A DNA stretch of 24,378 nt, from NCBI GenBank assembly GCA_013416795.1, contig RQSC01000808.1, positions 77,904 to 102,281 of the forward strand, in the 5' to 3' direction. Shown in pieces: positions 15,413-24,378 of the stretch (within the stretch, counting starts at the first letter, position 1; every line of letters begins with the position of its first letter). This stretch comes from Prasinococcaceae sp. CCMP 1430. Its lineage: Eukaryota > Plantae > Prasinodermophyta. The translations under genes and the position numbers were made by a program. Under the pieces are notes generated by a model. That model made no database searches. It was not told where the DNA came from and was given only the letters and a program-made list of their open reading frames with translations.

Positions 15413-18400
15413 TCAGATGGTGAACGCCGGCGAGGGCGAGTCGACAAATGCGGGCGGTTTGCTGGGCGCATGACCCCAGCTTGTGCGCGCGCCCCGCCCC
15501 GCGAACCCAAACTTCTTGTAGTACGAGTAGCTTTTGGTCTCGGAGCGCTTGAGGTACTTGTAGCCCTGGCCGAGTCCCGGCGTGTCCACCATTGCCACGG
15601 GGGCCACCACGTGCTCAGCGCGAAGCTTCTCGAAGGCCTCGCGGCGAGCAGCATCTTCGGCTGCCAACTGCGCCTCAGCTTCCCCACCGCCCCCCGCCAC
15701 ACCCGCGTTGACAGGCGGTTCGGGGAGCGTGGCAGGGCCCTCAGAGATGGCGCTAGCGTAGTGGCCCAAATCGACGAACTTGATGCCCGCCTTGGAGCCG
15801 GGCTCGAGATAACGCACCTTGGCCTTCTTCACGTGGCCGCTGCGCTCGAGGCCATCCTTCAAACGTCCATATAGCATCACGCGGCCGCTCGAGGAAAGCT
15901 CCACGGCCATGTCGGCGAGGTACTCCACGCGCGCGCCCTCCTCCGAGGTGGCCCATTCGGCGGCGCGCGCGATGTTGGCGTCACGCGCGGCCCGGAGGCG
16001 CTGCTTCTCTTCGAGCGCAGACTCGGCTGCCGCACGACGCGCCATCTCCGCATCGTACTTCGCGGCGTCGGCCGCGGCGCGCTCAGCCACTCGGGCCTCC
16101 TCCTGCTCTGCCAACGTGCGTCGGAGCGCAGCCTCATCCTCTATCCTCTTGAGCTCCTTTGCGCGGGTGGCCTCCTCCTCGGCGGCAACGCGTGCCGCCT
16201 CCGCTTCCTTTGCCTCGCGCAGCTCGCGCTCAGCGGCAGCCTTGCGAGCGAGTTCCGCAGCCTCCTCCGCAGCGCGTTCTGCAGCCTCCTCACGCAGGCG
16301 CGCTTCCTTCGGGCGAAGTCGCACCTCCACGTCTGACAGCGCCACAGTGCCGTTCAAGTCGGCACCGCAGGCACCCTCGATGGCGCACACCACACCACGC
16401 AGCTCGCGTTGGCTCACGCCTGGCAGCACACGCCGCACGAGAGCGCCCGCTGAAGCCAGCGATAGACGCGCGCTGCTGCTCTCAAGTATGGCGGCAGCGC
16501 CACCGCTCATCGAGCCTTCATCGAGTCTCGCGGCGATGCCCGCGCACGGCAGCAGCGTGCCCGCGCGCGACTCGCGCGTCGAGCCTTCACAGAAGAAAGC
16601 TACCTGGAAACGGCCCATAGCGCCGCCGTGTGCGGCCTCGGCAGGTGCGGCTGCCGCACTCTCGACCGCGGCGGCGCCCTGCGACACCCCTTCGGAGAAC
16701 TCCTTCAGCGACACGCTTCTAGCGGCTCCCGTCGCTTGCGCAGCCGAGCCCATCATCGAGACAACGTACGCCGCTTCATCGTCGGTGGCATCATCGACAA
16801 GGAGGAGCACAAGCTTGGCTGCCGCCGTGATGTCGATGCGAGAGCCCTTTGCACCACGTTTGGCGGCGGTCTTGGCACGTTTGGATGCTTCAGCGGAGGC
16901 GGCGAAGGCGTCCGCAAGCGTGGGCTTGGTTGAGCTCGCCATGCGGCGCTGCAGGCGCACGAAGATGCTGGCACGTGTCTTGGGAGTCGCACTGCCCTCA
17001 GCGGATGCTTTCTTCTTCGGTGCCTTTTTCTCGGATGCCTTCTTTTTCGAGGCTGGGCGCACGGGCGCCGAGGCCGGCCCAGTGCTCTTGCTGCCGGCGG
17101 CGGCGGCCTTCTTCGAGCTCACTTTCTTGGCTGCGTCGGCCGATGCTTTCGTGGCCGCACTCTCAAGACTAGATACCTTCTTCTTCTTCTTCTTTGGCGT
17201 CGTGGCCGCCGGAGCGGTCGGCGTCGTGGCGCCTGCCTTGGTGCTAGCCTTGGTGGTACCCTTGGTCGTGGGCTTCGAGCCAGAACTTGCTGGTCGCTTG
17301 GACTTGCCTGCGTCCGGCGCACCAGATGCGGGCTCACTTTTGGCGCGCTCCGCCGCCATCTTCGCCTCGAGCTTTGCCTTCGCGGCCCGAGCCTCCTTTC
17401 TGCGCTTTGCAGCGGCAGCCGCTTCTTCTTTAGCGCGCTCGGTCTGCTTTCTGGGCGAATTAGCAGCCAGCTCTACCAGCGCTGACGCGTCCGCACCGCG
17501 CGCGGTCCTCCCTGAGGCGGGGCCTCTGTCCGCCGTCGTCTTGGTCTTCGCGGTAGTAACCTTAGCCGCGGGCTTGGTGGCGCGCGCCAACGCGCTCTTG
17601 GAGTGAATAAACTCAGAGTGCATGATGACATCGGCGACCGCGGACAGCTCCGATGCGTTCGACAAGTCGCGCATGAGAGGGTCTCTGTGCTTGCGTGGCG
17701 GCGCTTTTCCCAGCACCTTAGGTGGCGGCGGCGGCGACGCGGGCTTGGTCATGACCGGGCGTTCCGGCAGTGGCGCCGCAAGCGGCAGCGCTGGCTGGCC
17801 TTTCTTTGACTTAGACGCTGGCGAGGCAACCGGCACGAGTTTCGGCGTTGGTGCTGCCTCTGGCGGGGTCTTCGGCTCCTTCGGCTCTGGCGTCTTCGCC
17901 TCAGTAGTCTGCGCAATGAGCGTGAGCACGCCTCGCGCGGGCTTGCCATCCGCGGCCTCATGGCCACCGCCACCATGCGGCGTCTCAGCGGCTGGGCGCA
18001 AAACACCCACGCGTCGATCGGCCAGCGCCACCAAGTCTGCACCGCCGGCCCAAGCGCTGCTCGCTGCGAGGCTCTCCACCTCCGCGGCCACGCGGCTCAG
18101 GTCGAGCGTGTACACGTACTTGCCCGCACGCGGGCCCAGCGCAAGGCGCGCGGCGCTGAGGAGCTTGCCGAGACCTCGAAGCGCGCCGCGCACAGACTCG
18201 TCGACGCCGCCAGCGTCGCTCTCGATGGCTGCACCACCGCCGTCGAGACCGCACGCCGCGCGCAAAAGCCTTGCGCCTCCCGCGAGGGCCATTTGCACTC
18301 GCGGCGCGTTGTGATGCTGCAGGTTGCCACTGAGCTCCGCCACGAGGCTTTCGATGTCGCGATCGCCGCTCATGAGCGCCGCCTGCACAGCGGGCGCGAA

Positions 18401-19409
18401 GCCTATTGGCGTTGACGGAAAGCCCGCCATCGCAAGCAGGCGGAGCGTGGCGAGCCCCGTGCGAAGGCGCTGCCCACCCAGCAGCGGGCCGCGGAAGGTC
18501 TCCTCCTCGTACTGCGGCAGGGCGCGCTGCAGGCAGGCGTAGAGCGTGTCGAAGAGCAGCGCGCCGCCACCGCCGCTGTCGGCGCCCTGCGCGAGCGCGC
18601 GCGAGAGCGCCGCGCTCGCATCGACGAGGTCATCCCATGCCAGGAGCGGCGCGGCGCCCTCCTCGCCTGCATCGGCGGGAACGTCGGCCATGGCGCTGGC
18701 GAGCAGGTGGCGCACGAGCGCGCCGCCGCCTGCGCCACGCGCGTGCTCCGCTGGCACGCCTGACGCGCCGGCCAGCGCGAGCGGCGGGGCCTACCGTGGG
18801 CAGCGCGCCGAGCGCCGCGGCGCGGAAGATCGCGCCGCGGCTCGCGCATCCCGCAGCGAGTGAGGCCAGAGCCGCGCGCTGCTCGTCGGCGCCGGCCGTG
18901 CACGAGGCAAGCGCACGCGTGTACCGCCCGTACGCCCCGTCGGACGGCCCCTCTGGCGCGCCCTCCCGCGCCGCGAGCGCGCGCACGAGCGCACCGAACG
19001 CCGCGAGCGCGCGCCGGTAGGCGGCTGGCGGCGCGGTCGCGCTGGGCGAGAGGGCCTCGCCGGTCGACGGCGGTACCGACGCCCCGTGGAGCGCGCGCAC
19101 CTCGGGCACGGCCAGCTCGAGCTCCGCAGCGAATGCAGCGCCGCCGTCGCTTCCGTCGCCGAGCGCCACGCGCAATCGCTCTACGGTGTCGCATAGCGAC
19201 GACTCCTTCGCACTCGCGACGGCGGCGGTCCCAGCGTCGGGGAGCGCCGCGGGGCGCGGTGGGGGCACGGCGGCAGCGCTACCAGTGACGTTCGGGAGCG
19301 CGGCGAGGCGCGTTGGCAGCGGAAGCGGCGCGCGCAGCGACGCAAGGGGAGCCGCCGCGGTCGTCGGCGGTGCGGCGCGTGGCGACGCGAGGGGCGCGGC
19401 CGCGGTTGG
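15413..19409 (-). CDS. Large uncharacterised protein (>1300 aa if joined), 5' end lost in the N gap, apparent 1-nt frameshift near 18786-18789; helical N-terminus, Lys/Ala/Pro low-complexity middle, possible degenerate EF-hands, coiled coil
   Basis: The 1114-codon ORF 15413..18757 has coding-like composition, and a second coding-like frame runs from the gap edge (19409) to about 18790. Confidence 0.65.
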
Positions 19410-19696
19410 NNNNNNNNNNNNNNNNNNNNNNNNNNNNNNNNNNNNNNNNNNNNNNNNNNNNNNNNNNNNNNNNNNNNNNNNNNNNNNNNNNNNNNNNNNN
19501 NNNNNNNNNNNNNNNNNNNNNNNNNNNNNNNNNNNNNNNNNNNNNNNNNNNNNNNNNNNNNNNNNNNNNNNNNNNNNNNNNNNNNNNNNNNNNNNNNNNN
19601 NNNNNNNNNNNNNNNNNNNNNNNNNNNNNNNNNNNNNNNNNNNNNNNNNNNNNNNNNNNNNNNNNNNNNNNNNNNNNNNNNNNNNNNNNNNNNNNN
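19410..19696. other. Assembly gap (287 N)
   Basis: Run of n. Confidence 1.
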
Positions 19697-19721
19697 CGCC
19701 GCTCGGGGAACCGCGCACGAA

Positions 19722-19800
19722 CGCGCGCGCGCGCGCCCGGCGGCGGGAGGGCGCGGCGCCGCGTTCGTTTTGATGCGCGATCCGGCGCGCGCGCGCGCGC
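19722..19800. repeat. Two alternating CG tracts (19722-19736 and 19785-19800) in the divergent intergenic region
   Basis: Read directly from the sequence. Confidence 0.85.
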
Positions 19801-20352
19801 CCTTTGAATTTTTGCGCCCCCGCCCGGATCGCGGGCGGGAGCCCAGTCCCCCAAACGCAAACACACAGCCGAAAGAATGACAACGTTCACATTCACGTAG
19901 GTGCGGGGGCGCGCGGTCGGCGCGCGGCCGTCCGCGAAACGCGCGGCGTTCGCGGTGCGTTTTCGGCACGCCCTCTTTCTCGCGGTTCCCGTTTTCGCGG
20001 GGCGCGTCTTCCGCGGGGTCGGCGCCGCGGGCGCGCCCGCAACGCATCGAAAGCTCGAAGCTCGAAGCTGGCACCGCGAGGTTGAGGTTCTGTTTTAGGG
20101 TTGAGACGCCGCATCGGACAGGGTTTCCAACGCCGCGCTGCGCGCGCGCGGGCCCGGATCGAATCGAATCGCGCGCGCGCGACCGCGGACGGGGTTTCGT
20201 CGTCGGATTTAGGGTTAGAGGAAGTAGGGTCTCTGAATGGGGATTCGCGTGTCAAATCGCATGCGTTTTTCGGGGTCGGCGGCGCGCGAGAGGGAAGTGC
20301 GCGCGCGCCCGCACGCGTGGCGCGCGCGTGGCGGGCGGGGGTCCCCCCGCNC

Positions 20353-22023
20353 CCTTCCCTCGCGAGCTCCGCGACTGCATGCGGTATCGAGGCCGCCCAG
20401 CTGCGTGCGCCCCACCCCCCCCTCCAGCGGCCCGCGAGCGCGCTGCGGGGGATCGAGGCGGTCGCCGCCGCGTCCGCGCTGCGCGGCTTCGCGCTCGGCT
20501 ACGGAGGGTATGCGACGCTGACGGTCCTGGGCGTGGCGCTGCGCGAGCGGCTGTGGAGGCGCGCCGCCGCCGTCGTCTTCGAGAGCGGGCGCGCCAGGGA
20601 GGGCGCGCGCTACGGCGCCTTCCTCGCTGCGGCGCTGGCGAGCTACAACGGCGTGATGCACGCCACGCGCGGCGTCGATCCGCGCACCGCGCTCGGGCGA
20701 TATCGCGGCGCGCTGGCCGGCCTCGTCGGCGGCGCCTCGCTGGGCATCGCACCCACGGCCTTCTCGCGCCCCGCGACGCTGCTGCTGAGCGTGCGCGCGC
20801 TCGAGGTGGGCGCGCGTAACCTCGTGCGGCGCGGCGTCGTGCCCAGGCTGCCGCACGCCGACGCCGCTCTCATGGCGGCGGCGAGCGCGCGCGTCATGTG
20901 GTGCTGGATCTTCTGCCCGCGGGCGCTTGACCCGGGCTACCTGCGCTTCATCATGCGCATCGGAGGAGTGACGCGCGAGCAGCTCGACGCGCTCGCGACC
21001 GTGCTCAGGGGGGAGAGGCTGGGCGCGGAGCTTCTGGAGCGCCTCAACGCCGCGCTGCCCGCAGGGCAGCCGCCAGTGCGCGCCGACGCCTGGCGCCACC
21101 GCGGCGCCGAGGCACGTGTACTTCACAACGCCCCCTCGGTGTCGAGCGCCGCCTTCCTGGCCAGATACTGGCTGGGCGCGCTCGGCCGCAGCATGCGCAT
21201 GTACCTGCCCGTGTACGCCGCGCCGGCCGTGCTGCTGCGCGCCCCCGAGGCGCTGCGCGACCCAGCGGGCTGGGCGGCAAGGACCGCGCCGGAGGTGGTG
21301 ACCGGCGCGGCGCGCTCGGCGCTCTTCCTGGGCTCGTTCTGCGCGACGGGATGGGCGGCGGTGCTTGGCTTTGCGGCGGCGGGCGCCAACGCGCGCGCGC
21401 TCGGGGGCAAGGGTGGCGAGGCCTTCCACGGCTCTGTGAGCGGCGCCGCGTGCGGCCTCGCTGTGGTGCTGGAGAAGCGCTCGCGCCGCGTCGAGCTCGC
21501 GCTCTTCGTGCTCAGCCACGCGCTGCGCTCCTGCTGGCGCGGCGCGCCTCTGCGGCGCCGGGAAAAGGACAGGGTGGAGGCGTTCGTGACCGTGCCGCTC
21601 GGTATGCTCGCGGTGGCGTGCATGTGCCACGCCTACGTGCGCCACCCGGATGACGTGCGCCGGTCCTACGCCAAGATCATGCGGCGGCTCATGGACAACG
21701 GTACGGGGGGCCAGCAGAAGCGCAAGCTGCTGTGGCCGCTGGTGTCGGCCAAGCCCGAGAAGGGTGTCAAGGACGGCAAGGATGTCAAGGATGTCAAGCT
21801 CGCGCCGGTGCCACAAACGGACCGGCTGCTGCGCCTCATCCCGCGCGACGGCTCAAACGCGTCCTTCGGCGACTGGAACGAGGAGCATGCGGGGGCGGCG
21901 CGTCCCGCTTCGCCCCGTACGACGTCGCGCCTCGCGGAGGAGGGGCCGCCCCCACCTCGCGCGGGCGCGGGCGTGATTGACGGCGGCCTGGCGTCGGCCG
22001 ACGGGGAGGCGCCCGCAGAGTGA
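20353..22023 (+). CDS. TMEM135: TMEM135 (PMP52)-family membrane protein; start codon not visible, probably at or near the single N at 20351
   Basis: ALAGLVGGASL, LLLSVRALE, HADAALMAAASARVMWCW, YLPVY, ARSALFL and VLEKRSRRVELALFVLSHAL match the two-half TMEM135 pattern. There is no in-frame ATG before the conserved region. Confidence 0.8.
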   Translation, partial: PSLASSATACGIEAAQLRAPHPPLQRPASALRGIEAVAAASALRGFALGYGGYATLTVLGVALRERLWRRAAAVVFESGRAREGARYGAFLAAALASYNGVMHATRGVDPRTALGRYRGALAGLVGGASLGIAPTAFSRPATLLLSVRALEVGARNLVRRGVVPRLPHADAALMAAASARVMWCWIFCPRALDPGYLRFIMRIGGVTREQLDALATVLRGERLGAELLERLNAALPAGQPPVRADAWRHRGAEARVLHNAPSVSSAAFLARYWLGALGRSMRMYLPVYAAPAVLLRAPEALRDPAGWAARTAPEVVTGAARSALFLGSFCATGWAAVLGFAAAGANARALGGKGGEAFHGSVSGAACGLAVVLEKRSRRVELALFVLSHALRSCWRGAPLRRREKDRVEAFVTVPLGMLAVACMCHAYVRHPDDVRRSYAKIMRRLMDNGTGGQQKRKLLWPLVSAKPEKGVKDGKDVKDVKLAPVPQTDRLLRLIPRDGSNASFGDWNEEHAGAARPASPRTTSRLAEEGPPPPRAGAGVIDGGLASADGEAPAE

Positions 22024-22453
22024 GCGATGCAGGGGGCCGCGACCGGGGCGGGGCGGGGCGGGGGCCGAAGAGGGGGGGCTGGGAGGTTGTCTTTCGCGTG
22101 GCCCTCGCGTCGATGCGGCCTCCTCGCATCCCCACGCGTCCGCTCCCCGCTGCATGAGCGCATGCATGTATACCTGCACGCAAAAATACGAGTGTGCGGA
22201 CGCGGCCCATTGCGGGTACCCTCTCTCGATGTCACAATTTTGGAAAACTCCGCGCGCCCGGGTGTGCGGGCGGGGCGGTAGCAGCTGCGTGCGCGCGGCC
22301 ATAATCTCGACACTGTGTGAACGAGCGCGCACAAGGAGACGCGTGCTCGTGGCGACGCCTGAACGCGCTTTTGTGCGCGTTTGCACATTAATGCGAGATT
22401 ATGTGCAGCCATGTGTGCGTTCGTGGCGCGCATCGCTGCTCCAACTGTCCTGA

Positions 22454-22670
22454 TTACTCTGCGCCGCGCGACACTCCGCGGGCCTGTACTACCTCGCCTT
22501 CCTCGAGCGCATCGCTATTTCCACCAGAAGCGTGGCAACTGTTGCCGCCACTGCGGACGCCGCCATTGCCTCTGCCACCGCCATCGCCTCCATCGCAGAC
22601 GCCGGTAGCAACGGCAATAGCAGCACCACAACCAGCGTTTAACATGTCGTCGGCCTCTTCGCTGCTGCTG

Positions 22671-22722
<52 letters not shown>

Positions 22723-23905
22723 ACTCCACGCCTACGAGCTCGCCCTCTTCGGTGGCGTTTTCGCCCACCACAAGGTAGTCGCCCGCTTTCACCTCTTCGG
22801 GCAGCGCCACCGCGAGCGTGGGGAATTCGACGAGCGTGCGTCCGACGAGCGCCTCGCGCAGTGGCGCTCGGGGATCGAGGGCGTAGTAAACCTGGCGGTC
22901 TGCTCGGCAGAGCTCCTTGCGGAGGAGCAGCCGCAGCGGGGTATCGTGCTCGTGCACACACCCGTCGCCGCCGCCTGCGCGTGCGCCGTCCCCGCCATGG
23001 CCCTCGGCGGCTGCGCCGCCCGCGTTTTCCCCCGCGGTTTCCCCTGCGCGCGCCTCGTGCGCCTCCACGTACTCGCGCAGCCTGTGCCTGACCGCCGCGC
23101 CGCAGCCCCCAAGCGCGGCCCCGAGGGCTGCGCCAACAGCCGCGCGCTCGTCAACGCTCTCGAGCACCACCGTCTCACCCGCACTGGCACCTTGACGGCA
23201 GCCAGCAGCCTCGCTGCCCGCCGCCCCATTCGTGCGCGCGAAACGCAGCTCCACGCGCCAATGCAGCGTGCGCGAGCCCTTGGCCCCCTTCCCGCCCCCC
23301 TTGCCTCCGAGCCGCGTCGTGTTGGCCTCACGCCGCCCCATCCCTGGCGGCATGAAGCGCAGCGAGACACCGCGCTCGCGTGCGGCAGCGCGCAGTACGT
23401 GCAGCGCACGCGGCAGCGCCGCGTCCGGACGCTCTTGCGGAGGGCGCAGCTCGTCGGCGTCCTCGGCGTCATCAGCGTCCGCAGCAGAGCCCCTCCCACC
23501 GCGTCCAGACCTCCCCCTCCCGCGCCCGCCGCCGCGCCCGCCGCGCCCGCCGCGCCCGCCACCAGCGAACGCGCTTCGTGGACGCGCGCGCTTGGCGGCG
23601 TCGCCCTCGCGCGCCGCCTCCTCGAGGAGCGTGTAGTCCGACGCGAGGTGCGCGTCGGTGAACTCCGCGAGCGGCACGAAGGCCGTGCGGTCGCGCTTGC
23701 CCGTGCACCCGTGCACGGCCTTGTGCGCGCGCACGCACCCGAGCGAGCACGTGCGCCGCGCGCAGCCCGGGCACGTGTACTTGGCGGGCGCCCCGCACTG
23801 CGCGCACGCGACGCCCGCGCTGCCGCACTGCGCGTCGCCGCGTCCACCCCACGGGCGCGAGCGCGGGCGCGCGAGCGCGCTCGCGAGCGCGCCGTGTGAC
23901 ACCAT
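22454..23905 (-). CDS. BCD1: Box C/D snoRNP assembly factor BCD1 / ZNHIT6 (zf-HIT protein), about 483 aa
   Basis: zf-HIT CAQCGAPAKYTCPGCARRTCSLGCVRAHKAVHGC followed by TGKRDRTAFVPLAEF...LASDYTLLEE; further motifs MPPGMGRREANTT, HWRVELRF and LVGRTLVEFPTLAV; first ATG at 23905. Confidence 0.92.
22671..22718 (-). repeat. (CTGTCG)8 coding hexamer repeat encoding an acidic (SD)n tract in BCD1
   Basis: Read directly; matches SDSDSDSD in the ORF translation. Confidence 0.9.
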
Positions 23906-24378
23906 CACGCGTTCTCTTACCTCACCCCACCCCCATCCCCGTTCAACGCACCCACGCGCGTGTGCACACGCACCCACACCCACGCCCACACCCACGCTCG
24001 CCCCCCGTCCCCCTCCCCCTCCCCCCCCCCCTTACACCATCCCAGCCGCCGCAGCGCGCTCCTCGCTGGCGCTGCTTCGGCACACAACCCAATCCATCTT
24101 TTGGGTCTGACAATTGTAGGGTTCTGATACATTCGAACGCTCATTGCATGTGATTCGGACGTGAGGTGACTCGACGCGTGCGATTTGATACGCTCATTTC
24201 TTTTCAGCCCGGGGATGGAACGGGAGCAGGTGCGGGCGCCCGCACAACAGTCAGTTGCGCCCGCACAGTCGCGTCTCAGCGGCGCGCGAAATGCGCAGAG
24301 GCGGGCGAATCCGCGCGCGTTCGCTGCCGCCTCTGCGCGAGCAGAGGCAGCGGCGGCGGCGCGCGGGCGCCGCGTGGG

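Noticed and set aside
18760-18794. Possible 35-nt GT-AG intron on the minus strand at the frameshift
   Set aside because: Removing 35 nt lands in the third frame, not the 1114-aa frame, and it has no GCTGAC branch site.
23830-23920. Possible intron GAG|GTAAGA...CGCAG|TGC in the BCD1 5' region (minus strand)
   Set aside because: Splicing would remove the only ATG upstream of the zinc finger, the upstream exon has no in-frame ATG nearby, and there is no GCTGAC.

Overview
This window is eukaryotic, very GC-rich and gene-dense, and most likely comes from a green alga (a prasinophyte-grade lineage is my inference from the starch synthase IV, the CA1Pase-like gene, short GT-AG introns with GCTGAC branch sites and TGTAA poly(A)-like signals). 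Ten protein-coding loci are supported, in order: starch synthase IV (+), a divergent mitochondrial phosphate carrier-family gene with 2 introns (+), an unknown protein with RRM-like, WG/GW-repeat and LOTUS-like features (-), an unknown protein with a tandem novel domain and a TFIIS N-terminal-like domain (+, 1 intron), an M32 carboxypeptidase (+, 1 intron), a choline/ethanolamine phosphotransferase (-), a two-domain CA1P-phosphatase-like histidine phosphatase (+), a >1300-aa unknown protein with an apparent frameshift (-), TMEM135 (+) and BCD1/ZNHIT6 (-). Three N gaps all fall at gene 5' ends. I saw no rRNA, tRNA, CRISPR array or recognisable transposon. The best candidate for an undescribed system is the RRM-like / WG-repeat / LOTUS-like protein, a possible Argonaute-hook RNA-silencing scaffold, which is transcribed head-to-head with the TFIIS-N-domain gene. 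All domain calls are by eye from remembered family consensus; no searches were run.
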